Positions 17,806 to 25,861 of a DNA stretch of 34,121 bases are shown here, one piece after another; the stretch's first letter is position 1; every line of letters starts with the position of its first letter. A program made the position numbers and the translations under genes. The stretch is from a virus (Duplodnaviria; Caudoviricetes): positions 1 through 34,121 of the IMG/VR virus record IMGVR_UViG_3300021560_000043. One strand, 5' to 3'. The notes under the pieces were generated by a model that did not search any database, had not been told where the DNA came from, and saw nothing but the letters and a program-made list of their open reading frames with translations.

Positions 17806-17871
17806 GTTCCACCTCTTTCTGTGCAGCCTCGGGTTGGTGAAACAAAAGGTCGCTCATGCTCTTACTCCTCT

Positions 17872-17911
17872 GTCTGGTGGGCGGGAGCCCCAAACTCCCG
17901 CCTCTTCAGAC
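17872..17911. other. RNA hairpin downstream of the SSB-like gene
   Basis: GGCGGGAG (17880-17887) pairs with CTCCCGCC (17895-17902), extended by GTCTG/CAGAC; no clear U-tract. Confidence 0.45.
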
Positions 17912-17917
17912 CTTGTG

Positions 17918-18637
17918 CTAACTCGGCTTGTAATCAAACGGCATGAACGAGCTGAGTTCCGCCCGCGCCGCGCAGCGATTCCCAGTCTCGGGATGATCCG
18001 CCGCGCCGGTGAATTCACCCTGCGAGTTGGTGCCGCCTTTGAGAGCCTGTATCTTCTTCTGCCCATACACCGTCTTGGGCCGCTTCGTCAGCTTCTGAAG
18101 GTTCGGCCCGGTGTACTCTCCCACCTCGCCGATGGCCTTCTCCGCCTCGGAGTCACGGAGGATGTTCTGCACCCGCGCGTAGCCGATGGGCTCACCCTTC
18201 AGCACCTCGTCCAATTGCTTGACGTGCTCCACCGCTTTGAGGCCAGCAATCGGTTTCCCCGTCAACGCCTTGAACGCCGCGCCGACGGCGGACTGATTGT
18301 TGCGGTCCACGTCCGGCTTGGTGGTCAACGGCATCCCGGTGAAGACGAACTTTCCGTCGATCCTCGGGTTGTCAGGAGCGATGATGATCCCCTTCACCGC
18401 AATCTCCGCGTGCGGCCTCGTCTCGTTCTTCCACTGGGCCATGCGGTATGGCACCCGGTTCCCCTCGTGAAACACTCCGCCGTTGGAGAATTTCATCTGG
18501 TACGTTCCGTCGGGGATTGGCGGGGCGGGACGGTTATATTCCGCATCGGGGTCAAATTCCCCCGGCGCGCCAATTTCCTCGTCCTGCTCCTCCAGTGAAC
18601 TCAGGTAACTCTCGTCATACGTGATCTCAACTGCCAT
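17918..18637 (-). CDS. putative single-stranded DNA-binding protein (DUF669-like OB fold)
   Basis: Acidic N-terminus, PIPDGTY motif, beta-rich core; downstream of the AAA ATPase as in phage Sak4/SSB modules. Confidence 0.55.
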   Translation of the reverse strand: MAVEITYDESYLSSLEEQDEEIGAPGEFDPDAEYNRPAPPIPDGTYQMKFSNGGVFHEGNRVPYRMAQWKNETRPHAEIAVKGIIIAPDNPRIDGKFVFTGMPLTTKPDVDRNNQSAVGAAFKALTGKPIAGLKAVEHVKQLDEVLKGEPIGYARVQNILRDSEAEKAIGEVGEYTGPNLQKLTKRPKTVYGQKKIQALKGGTNSQGEFTGAADHPETGNRCAARAELSSFMPFDYKPS

Positions 18638-18691
18638 AGTCTTCTCTCGCTTTCATTGGGTTGGTAAAACGTTTGCCGAACGTCGTGGTGC

Positions 18692-18859
18692 CTATGGTGC
18701 GACCACAGTGCCCAGTTCCAGCAGGATTTGCTGATCGAGGTCCCTGCGGGCCGCTTTCGCCGCCGCGCTCAACTTCTCGTACAACGCCTTGTCATCGCCC
18801 GAAAACACCAGCGTCACGCGATTCGTTCCGTTGGACTTCTTTGTTGCGCTCTCTGCCAT
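18692..18859 (-). CDS. Arc-like ribbon-helix-helix DNA-binding protein (55 aa, not in ORF track)
   Basis: AGGAG RBS, TGATG overlap; MAESATKKSNGTNRVTLVFSGDDKALYEKLSAAAKAARRDLDQQILLELGTVVAP matches the strand-helix-helix pattern. Confidence 0.65.
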   Translation of the reverse strand: MAESATKKSNGTNRVTLVFSGDDKALYEKLSAAAKAARRDLDQQILLELGTVVAP

Positions 18860-19779
18860 CACTTCTCCTTTCTGAGGAACTCAAGAAATTCCCCGATTCC
18901 CGCTTCCAGTGAAAGCGGGATATATCCGTTGGGCCACTTCGCCCACAGATCCTTCAACTGCGCCGGCGGGAGCGTGACCTTACTCGGCCATTCGATCTTC
19001 GGAATCTCGGAGGGGTGCTTGTTGTACCACGCCTTGATCTTCTTATCCTTTCCAGCTCCCTCGGCCACGAGATGGAAGCAATGGTTGACGCGCGATGGCA
19101 ACTTCCCATTGATCGCCTTCCCAATCGTCTCCGGCCCGAGCGCCGTGCGCTTGATGCCGGAATCGTCATCCTCGCCCTTCCCCTCTAGCGCGGTGAACAT
19201 AGTGATGTGAACAGGGAGCGATTGGAACGATTGCAGCAGATCCAAAATCTCCGTGTGACAATCCGCGTAGTGATTCATGGTGTTGGTGCCCATTTGCTCG
19301 CCGTCCTCCAGACGGGGAGCGGCGGCGGGATCTCCTGACCGCTGATTCTTCTGCTTTACATCGGACATGAAGGCGGTGGCGTAGGAGCTGAGGGAGTCGA
19401 TTACGATGGCGCCGATTTCCGCTTCGTCTTCTGGAGACCATGGTCTCCATTTGGTATTCGTCTGATAGCGCACGACGCCCTTCTCTTCAATACGCGTAGG
19501 AAGATTTATGATCCCATCTACTGGGAACTCGCCACGCCGTAGCTTCCTCATCACAGCGAATGGATTGTACTCATGTCCTGTCGGAAACTCTAAGGGCACT
19601 ATGATTCCCGCATCGACAAGATCTTGACTGGGGGACCAAAGAGAGCCGCGATCTAGAGCAATGAGCCTAGTCTTCTTTCCAGTCATTTTGTAAACGTGCT
19701 CAGCAACGTAGCGAGCCTGCGTTGACTTGCCGCTATCGGAAGCTCCGTAAACAATTAGCGATGTCTTTCCTAGTGACAT
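18859..19779 (-). CDS. AAA/RecA-like ATPase (Sak4/AAA_24-like)
   Basis: Walker A YGASDSGKST, Walker B IVIDSLS, 'GPETIGK...LPSRVN' motif; ATG 19779 with GGGG RBS. Confidence 0.8.
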   Translation of the reverse strand: MSLGKTSLIVYGASDSGKSTQARYVAEHVYKMTGKKTRLIALDRGSLWSPSQDLVDAGIIVPLEFPTGHEYNPFAVMRKLRRGEFPVDGIINLPTRIEEKGVVRYQTNTKWRPWSPEDEAEIGAIVIDSLSSYATAFMSDVKQKNQRSGDPAAAPRLEDGEQMGTNTMNHYADCHTEILDLLQSFQSLPVHITMFTALEGKGEDDDSGIKRTALGPETIGKAINGKLPSRVNHCFHLVAEGAGKDKKIKAWYNKHPSEIPKIEWPSKVTLPPAQLKDLWAKWPNGYIPLSLEAGIGEFLEFLRKEK

Positions 19780-20201
19780 GCGATCCCCTTTGCGCGCCGT
19801 TCCGCCTGATACACGGCTGTCTTGTGACATGAATAGAACGCGCCGATCTCAGGGCCGCTGAAGCCATATGCACGCAAGTCAACAATTTCTCGCAACTGTT
19901 CGTTGCGAATCTTAGGTGCGGCCCCGCGATGAATGTTCACGAACTTAGTGACAGGTTCTACGTGATTCGGACGCACGCAATCGCGCTGGCGGCATAGATG
20001 ATCCATCTCCATGTTCGGAGGTATCGGACCGTTCAGCATCTCGTACAGCCAACGATGTGCATACATCTTCTTTCCGTTGTGCCACACCTTGGCATAACCG
20101 TTGGGAGTCAGCTTCGACTTCTTCCAAATCCAACACGGCGTATCATGCCCGCGGTCTTCAAATTCGAACAAGGGCTTCCCATTGTTTTCAAACGTCGCCA
20201 T
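19770..20201 (-). CDS. HNH homing endonuclease with C-terminal HTH
   Basis: CWIW...GY...AHRWLYE..NGPIP...DHLCRQRDCVRPNH..PVT..VN. Confidence 0.9.
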   Translation of the reverse strand: MATFENNGKPLFEFEDRGHDTPCWIWKKSKLTPNGYAKVWHNGKKMYAHRWLYEMLNGPIPPNMEMDHLCRQRDCVRPNHVEPVTKFVNIHRGAAPKIRNEQLREIVDLRAYGFSGPEIGAFYSCHKTAVYQAERRAKGIACH

Positions 20202-20350
20202 CAGAACTCCACCTCTTCCCTTCTCGCTCTCTCAGCCGTTTCAATCTCATCCATAATGGCCCACTCCTCCGCCCGCTCGTCGAGCCATTTCTCATACTCT
20301 TCGTCGCGGTACGCTCCCTGCGCTTCTTTCAAATCAGCATCGTCAATCAT
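20201..20350 (-). CDS. small acidic protein (49 aa, not in ORF track)
   Basis: GGAG RBS; MIDDADLKEAQGAYRDEEYEKWLDERAEEWAIMDEIETAERARREEVEF; overlaps both neighbours. Confidence 0.6.
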   Translation of the reverse strand: MIDDADLKEAQGAYRDEEYEKWLDERAEEWAIMDEIETAERARREEVEF

Positions 20351-21545
20351 TGTCGTCTCCATGCTCGGGGTGGTTACTCAAACGGATTTGGTATAAATCG
20401 CCAGGCTGTGCAGGAGCACCGTTCCAGCACGAATCCAAGAACGCGCACCCCAGAAAGGAATGGCATGAGTGCGTATATTGCGGAAACAACCTATCCAGCA
20501 ACTCCTTTGGCGGATCGCCAACAAGAAGGTACGGACGGAGCACTTCCAACTTGTCCGCAATCTCAAGCTCTTGCTGCACGACTTGCGTGCGCCAGCTCTC
20601 CACCTCATCCACCCGTCTCTCCACCGGCGTCTGCACCGGGAACACACTCGCGAGTGCCGAAAGATGACGGGGAAAAACGCGCTGATGGTGGAGGTCATCG
20701 ATCCACGCTTTCACCCCGCCTTCGTACTCGCGCCAGATGGGGACTTTCCGCCATCCCTTTCCGAGACGCGAGGACCCTGATCCATCCTCCTTCTCCCACT
20801 CGTAAGCCCAGCTCCACTCGTCCATCTCGGGCGTGTCGCCGCGCTTCAGCCAGCCATAGATGAGCGGAGTGTTTTGCTTATACAGATTGTCGAACTTGTC
20901 AAGACTGCGACGGCCCTTCACCACATGCTTGTACAGAATCCCTTCAATCTTCCCCGACCCGTTCGCCTCCAGCCCAAACATCTCGCTCATCGATTGCATA
21001 TCGGTACGACTTTGGTCGATGTTGCGCTTGCTGAATGCGGCGGTAGTTTTCCACGACACGACAAAGAGATCGCCGCTCGCCTTCTCCCGCACGAGAGCGT
21101 CGGGGCGGAACATGAGGGTGAGATCGTTGGCGAGATCGGCGCGCCCTTCGCGCTCTACCTCCATCACCTCAAACTGCTCCAGGAACTCTTTCCCTTCGTA
21201 CGCCCACCATCCGCGCAGCAGGGCCTCTGCCAGCGCCATCTGCTCCTCGCGTCCGTATGCCATCGCCGCTTCCACATTGGCCGGCTGCTCGCCGTCGAAA
21301 CTCGTGCCGCCATTGAGCGCTTGTTCGAGAAAGAGGAATGCACGGAGGATCGCTTCCTCGACATTCCCCTGAAGGAGATGCTCTGCTCCTTCATGAAAGG
21401 CGGAACCGAATTGTAAAGGGAGCGACTTCCGTGTGCGCTGGAGTCCGGTGCCCAAATGGTGATACGCCAGATATCTCTCGCGCGGGCATCTTTGGTAGCT
21501 TATGATTCGGCTTCTGTCAGTTTCCATCACTCTTCTCTCAATCAA
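20343..21545 (-). CDS. PD-(D/E)xK exonuclease, Cas4/AddB-like with probable Fe-S cluster
   Basis: SYQRCPRE...FGSAFHE, RPDAL..SWKT, C-terminal C-x5-C-x5-C. Start may be ATG 21527. Confidence 0.8.
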   Translation of the reverse strand: MIERRVMETDRSRIISYQRCPRERYLAYHHLGTGLQRTRKSLPLQFGSAFHEGAEHLLQGNVEEAILRAFLFLEQALNGGTSFDGEQPANVEAAMAYGREEQMALAEALLRGWWAYEGKEFLEQFEVMEVEREGRADLANDLTLMFRPDALVREKASGDLFVVSWKTTAAFSKRNIDQSRTDMQSMSEMFGLEANGSGKIEGILYKHVVKGRRSLDKFDNLYKQNTPLIYGWLKRGDTPEMDEWSWAYEWEKEDGSGSSRLGKGWRKVPIWREYEGGVKAWIDDLHHQRVFPRHLSALASVFPVQTPVERRVDEVESWRTQVVQQELEIADKLEVLRPYLLVGDPPKELLDRLFPQYTHSCHSFLGCAFLDSCWNGAPAQPGDLYQIRLSNHPEHGDDND

Positions 21546-21570
21546 TCAAAGGTTGAATTCGATGTCTAAA

Positions 21571-21599
21571 AATGTAACCCCGCAGGCTGTGGATGTCAA
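21571..21599 (-). promoter_or_regulatory. sigma70-type promoter for the recombination operon
   Basis: TTGACA-17 bp-TACATT on the minus strand upstream of the nuclease gene. Confidence 0.75.
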
Positions 21600-21608
21600 G
21601 AACTATTT

Positions 21609-22082
21609 TCACAGTTTGTTCAGTACCGCAAACTTCCCATGCAGCTTCTTCGCCATCTTGTTATAGGCTCTCGCTGCCTGCTCAGGTGTTGAATGAAGCC
21701 CAAGATAAATAGCCTTCCCTTCGTGTCCGATAGAGGCCATCCACTTCTTGCCGATAGCGTGCCAAAACACGCCCTTGAAGCCGCTGGAACTATTGGTCTG
21801 AGCCGCCCGATTCTGCTGGTTCTGTGAGCGTGTGCATACGCGCAAATTGGAACGTTGGTTGTTATGGGGATTGCGATCAATGTGATCCACCACCATTCCC
21901 TCGGGCGGATTCATAATGAATCGCGCCAGATACACACAACCGCCCTTCTTGCCGTTCGGCCTTCCTGCCGCATGTCGCATAGCTCCCGAAGGGAACCACC
22001 GCACCCTGGCCACCTGATCATAATCCTGTGGCGATATCAGCAGCGGAGTGCCGTCACTCATATAAATGGTCATCACTTTCAT
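21609..22082 (-). CDS. HNH-AP2 homing endonuclease
   Basis: VVDHIDRNPHNNQRSNLR..T..QN HNH domain plus SSGFKGVFW...W.ASI...YLG..TPEQAARAYN..AKKLHGKFA AP2 domain. Confidence 0.92.
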   Translation of the reverse strand: MKVMTIYMSDGTPLLISPQDYDQVARVRWFPSGAMRHAAGRPNGKKGGCVYLARFIMNPPEGMVVDHIDRNPHNNQRSNLRVCTRSQNQQNRAAQTNSSSGFKGVFWHAIGKKWMASIGHEGKAIYLGLHSTPEQAARAYNKMAKKLHGKFAVLNKL

Positions 22083-22089
22083 TGGTCGT

Positions 22090-22119
22090 ATGCTACAGCT
22101 ATATACGACTAAAAGTCAA
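22090..22119 (-). promoter_or_regulatory. possible promoter of the HNH-AP2 gene
   Basis: TTGACT-18 bp-TAGCAT; predicted start site close to the ATG. Confidence 0.45.
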
Positions 22120-23699
22120 TGCAGATCGAAATTATTCTTCCCCACCTGATGCTCAACCTCGACACTCAATCCCTCCAGCCCGGTCACGCCTGGATAGACC
22201 ATCAGCGGGCAGGGCGTCTCCATGATCGGTGGTACATTAGCGCGGCACTCCTCCACCAGCTCATCCGGGCAGTCGAACTTCAACGAGTCGTGCGTCGTGT
22301 TGATGATGCGATATCTTTCCAAATATCCCGCCGCATCCAATCTCAACATCCCATCCCGGATCATCCCAAACGCATTGCTTGCTGGAAGGAAGGCAATTGC
22401 CGCCTCACCTTGCTCCCCACCTACCATCTTCTGCTGCTTTCTATCCCATCGGATAACATCGAAGAAGTGTCGAATAGCCCCGAAACGCGAAACCAAACGC
22501 TTATCCTCATGCGCCCTCTGCTTCACTTCGTCCTGCCATTTCAGCAAGCCAGGAAACAATTCGCGCATAATGAGATCCCATAACCCTTCCGCCTCACGCT
22601 GAGACTCGAAATCCTCTTTGTAAAGCTGATACATCTTCTTCCCACGCATTCCAAAGCCGATTCCTAACCCCGCTGATTTCGTCTTGCCATTACGAATCTT
22701 TAGAAAGGTCAGGCCGTTCGTCCATACGCGCGATTCACCCTTCAGTTCCTTGAAGAACGCTTTCAAATCCCCATCGCTCATCCTCAGCAGATTGTGCCGT
22801 TCGGGGTGTTTGATGAAGTGGCATGTAGTGAAGGAATGAAGATCGATCCTCGCTAGCCTCAAGTATTCCGGCAGCCCCGCCTCACACGCTGTCGTCTGCG
22901 CATGAAAGCTCTTATAGTCGAAGTTGACGAGGGTATGGCCGGGAGATGATACAAGCGTACGATTGAATGCCTCAACCAATGCTTCCTGAAACTCAGTCTT
23001 CCCTCGTGCAGGAGAGTTCTGCACATTTGGTGCTTTGCTCGTTAGCTGCCACGTTGCGGTGCCGAAACCATATGTGGTGTGAATCTTACCGTCGGCATGA
23101 GGCTTGTAGCCGTCAACGTAGGTGCCCTCGACCTTTGTCAGTTGCCGCCGTTGGATTAGAAGAGGATAGATAGGGTGCTTGGTCGTCTGAAACAGCCTCT
23201 CTAGTTCCTTGACTTCCGTCGTCTCCGCCGCCTCCCCCTGCGCATCCTGCCGCTTGGAATGTTTCGGCACCGGGTGCCTGTGAAACCGCATGAACTTCAG
23301 CACCTGCTTTTGGGAATTGGGATTGAACTCCACTGGCAGCGCCCAGCGCGTAACTACACTCCCCGCCGGAATCATGCCGGAACCCGCACAGACGGCACAC
23401 GTGGGACGGGCCGCCTTCAAGCATGAACATTTCTCCTCCTTTTCGATTACGACTTCGATTTGGACCATCCCCGTGGTGTCTTTCGGCGTTCGTTTCAGCC
23501 CGTGTTTCTGCTTGGTGCTCAGCACCTCCGCCGGCACCAGGAGTCGAATCTCCGCATCTACGCGCAGTGATTCCCGCTCCAGCAGCGTACGTAACTCCTC
23601 CCGTTTCCCTGCGTCGATGGGAATCCCACGCGCGCTCATATCGCGCAGGATGGGGTGGATGTCGCGGAAGTAAATTTGGTAGCTATCCAATAAGTTCAT
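22116..23699 (-). CDS. polA: family A DNA polymerase, polymerase domain only
   Basis: RGIPID, FNPNS.KQ, GKIHTTY..GTATWQLTSKAPNVQN, motif A DYKSFH, motif B R...K...LG..FG, motif C HDS. Confidence 0.9.
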   Translation of the reverse strand: MNLLDSYQIYFRDIHPILRDMSARGIPIDAGKREELRTLLERESLRVDAEIRLLVPAEVLSTKQKHGLKRTPKDTTGMVQIEVVIEKEEKCSCLKAARPTCAVCAGSGMIPAGSVVTRWALPVEFNPNSQKQVLKFMRFHRHPVPKHSKRQDAQGEAAETTEVKELERLFQTTKHPIYPLLIQRRQLTKVEGTYVDGYKPHADGKIHTTYGFGTATWQLTSKAPNVQNSPARGKTEFQEALVEAFNRTLVSSPGHTLVNFDYKSFHAQTTACEAGLPEYLRLARIDLHSFTTCHFIKHPERHNLLRMSDGDLKAFFKELKGESRVWTNGLTFLKIRNGKTKSAGLGIGFGMRGKKMYQLYKEDFESQREAEGLWDLIMRELFPGLLKWQDEVKQRAHEDKRLVSRFGAIRHFFDVIRWDRKQQKMVGGEQGEAAIAFLPASNAFGMIRDGMLRLDAAGYLERYRIINTTHDSLKFDCPDELVEECRANVPPIMETPCPLMVYPGVTGLEGLSVEVEHQVGKNNFDLH

Positions 23700-24840
23700 T
23701 GCTCAACACCTTGTCCATGTGATCATCAACACACAGCGCCGCGTCTGTATCAAAGCACCCGTAAAGCGGCAGATCATCCTCGCCAATAGCCTTCCAGGCG
23801 TACGGGAATCCGCACATCTGGGCGGCAGTCTGCAAATTCTTCGGAAGATCGCTCCAATACGTCGAGAACTTCACCATCGCGTCGTCCGTCACGCCGACAT
23901 CCACTCCATTGACCGTCAGCACTTCATCATCGAAGTTCCAGCAGTTATAGCCAACTTTCTTTGGGGCTCGGCTGAAGATCGCCTTTGCCACATCCACGAA
24001 CTCCTCCCGCCATGGGAGCGCAATTCCTTCCCCACGCCTTTGAGTGAACTGCACCAGCTTGATATCCCGTTCTGTAAATCGGGTGCGTTCTTCCTCGTCG
24101 CTGCGGGTACTGAGGGGAGTTTCAAGGTCGTAACTTAGTTTCAATTCAGGGTCTATCGCATCCGCCCACCTCCAGGCTTCGTCAATCGTGGGGGCGGTTT
24201 GATAACGCAAATCCATCTCCCCTAATTGAACCGCGAAATGTCTCCCTCTAACGAGTCTTCCACTTGCGAGAAGAAATCCTCGTCGGAGATCGCGCTGTAG
24301 CAGAGGCGTGAGGTGGGCCGCGCCGCGACGCAGGAATGCAGGATGATAAGTAGGAACCACGAGTCTGCCGGTTGCAGCTCCAGCACCGGCATGGACATAT
24401 CCACGGGCGTAGTCAAGAGTTCCATATTTTCCTTTCGGCGGAGATGCGAGGGTGCGGAAGGCCGTCCCGCCTAACGCTACAATCGCGGCGGGGTTCAAGT
24501 CAGCTATAACTTTTGTCAGGTAGTTGGTGGTGCACTGGGAGACGGCGTGGTACTGCCAGGGGGCACCTTCGAGCCAGTCTTTCGGGGGGCGGCAGCGGAC
24601 GACGTTGGTAATTGCCACTTCAGCTCTATCGATGTGAACCTCGCGCATCGCATCAGCGAGGAGACTGCCTGATTGAGCATACGGGCGGAAAGGGAGCGAC
24701 TCACGCGCTTCGGCTTCACCAGACGCCTCGCCAACGAGCAATAATCGCGTATTGTCATATCGCTTTCCAATCTCCACCTCCGTGAATCCACTCCCGATCT
24801 TTTCTAAAGGACACTGCGAACATTCAGCAGGTTTTTGCAT
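23683..24840 (-). CDS. family 4 uracil-DNA glycosylase-like domain fused to 3'-5' exonuclease (N-terminal half of a SPO1-type PolA)
   Basis: CxxC...VGEASG..E...PF...TNVVRCRPP...C...VALG...TYHPA; then Exo I YDLET, Exo II GYNCWNFD, Exo III YGCFD. Confidence 0.88.
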   Translation of the reverse strand: MQKPAECSQCPLEKIGSGFTEVEIGKRYDNTRLLLVGEASGEAEARESLPFRPYAQSGSLLADAMREVHIDRAEVAITNVVRCRPPKDWLEGAPWQYHAVSQCTTNYLTKVIADLNPAAIVALGGTAFRTLASPPKGKYGTLDYARGYVHAGAGAATGRLVVPTYHPAFLRRGAAHLTPLLQRDLRRGFLLASGRLVRGRHFAVQLGEMDLRYQTAPTIDEAWRWADAIDPELKLSYDLETPLSTRSDEEERTRFTERDIKLVQFTQRRGEGIALPWREEFVDVAKAIFSRAPKKVGYNCWNFDDEVLTVNGVDVGVTDDAMVKFSTYWSDLPKNLQTAAQMCGFPYAWKAIGEDDLPLYGCFDTDAALCVDDHMDKVLSNELIG

Positions 24841-25294
24841 GGCGCTTGTAATACTCCTTCAGATACTTCTTCATGTACTCACGCCGACCTGGCCGCAGGT
24901 GCCGAGGGATAGGATTTGCGGGACTGTGATGCAATCCGTGTTCGCGCGCATCCATTAGAGTCAGATTGGAAATGTCATTGTTGGTGAAGTCGTGATCGAT
25001 ATGATGCACGTGTTGATCGCGAGCTAATTTCACTCCGTAGTGCCGTTCGTATGTTTTGCGTGCTGCTTGCCGAGATGATCTCCAGTGCTTGGAACGCGGA
25101 GGCTGCCGAATACGATTAGCTTCGGATATCGTGCGAGATAGTCCGTTTTCCTTCAAAATGCGTGCTACATAGCTAGAGCCTATACTCAGCTCGCTCGCAA
25201 TCTGGCGTGAACTCTTTTGATTGATAAAGAGATCAATTATTCGCGCTTCTAACTGCGCGCGCAGAGGAGCCTTACGAAACAAAGGTTTGGGCAT
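24824..25294 (-). CDS. HTH-HNH homing endonuclease
   Basis: N-terminal SSRQIASELSIGSSYVARIL HTH; HVHHIDHDFTNNDISNL...H..HH HNH motif. Confidence 0.85.
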   Translation of the reverse strand: MPKPLFRKAPLRAQLEARIIDLFINQKSSRQIASELSIGSSYVARILKENGLSRTISEANRIRQPPRSKHWRSSRQAARKTYERHYGVKLARDQHVHHIDHDFTNNDISNLTLMDAREHGLHHSPANPIPRHLRPGRREYMKKYLKEYYKRHAKTC

Positions 25295-25496
25295 GAACTG
25301 TCCCCCTTCTGATCCATTCGCTCTTCGCGTAAGGGGTGTTGTGAATGCGGCAAGTGCAGGCCATCACATCGGCGGCGTCGAGCAGGCGCTGGTGCATTTC
25401 CGCATTCACCCGACGCTCCTCCTCAAGATCCGCCTCCAGCTCCTCCACCCTGTCCATCAACTCTTCTTGCGTCATCTCCTCTACGCTCTTTTGCAT
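25272..25496 (-). CDS. small coiled-coil protein
   Basis: GGAGG RBS before ATG 25496; EELMDRVEELEADLEEERR heptads. Confidence 0.55.
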   Translation of the reverse strand: MQKSVEEMTQEELMDRVEELEADLEEERRVNAEMHQRLLDAADVMACTCRIHNTPYAKSEWIRRGTVHAQTFVS

Positions 25497-25617
25497 CGCG
25501 CTTCTTCCTCCTGCACTCTTCACATTGTTTGAATGGATACTTCACCTTCCGAAATGGCCCGATATTCCGCAGCCACGCATGACACCCCGTGCAGAACTTG
25601 TGCGTCCTAATCGCCAT
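25423..25617 (-). CDS. small zinc-finger protein
   Basis: MAIRTHKFCTGC...CEEC; overlaps the downstream gene by 74 nt. Confidence 0.45.
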   Translation of the reverse strand: MAIRTHKFCTGCHAWLRNIGPFRKVKYPFKQCEECRRKKRDAKERRGDDARRVDGQGGGAGGGS

Positions 25618-25861
25618 TGAATCCGTGCGGGATATTCCAACTCCGCGCCATTCTCTCCCGCGCATTGCGCTCCCGCTCCGTCAATTCAGGCAGGGAGTAC
25701 ATATCGCACGAACACCACCCGAACCATCCTTCCGGCACCATGATTCGCACCGTATGCGCCACTGCCTGCTGATGCTCCTTCGCCATCGCGACGACATCGG
25801 TTTCCGTGGATGCCATCGCGTGCCAGCCACACCCCATGCACTGCGCCTTCGCGCTACGCAT
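25607..25861 (-). CDS. small Cys/His protein
   Basis: GGAGG RBS; CMGCGW...H...H and CSC motifs. Confidence 0.6.
   Translation of the reverse strand: MRSAKAQCMGCGWHAMASTETDVVAMAKEHQQAVAHTVRIMVPEGWFGWCSCDMYSLPELTERERNARERMARSWNIPHGFNGD

Noticed and set aside
17720-18598. 292-aa plus-strand ORF
   Set aside because: Antisense to the SSB-like gene in a minus-strand operon; no motif.
20343-21545. Cas4 as part of a CRISPR system
   Set aside because: No repeat-spacer array or other cas genes; the context is a phage recombination module.
22116-24840. Z-genome (PurZ/DpoZ) or other base-modification system
   Set aside because: No PurZ, dNTP hydrolase, thymidylate-modifying or queuosine-pathway genes recognised in the window.
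21609-25294. Group I intron or intein in polA carrying the HNH genes
   Set aside because: The polymerase ends with a normal C-terminus (VEVEHQVGKN), the HNH genes lie outside both polymerase ORFs, and no intein termini were seen.
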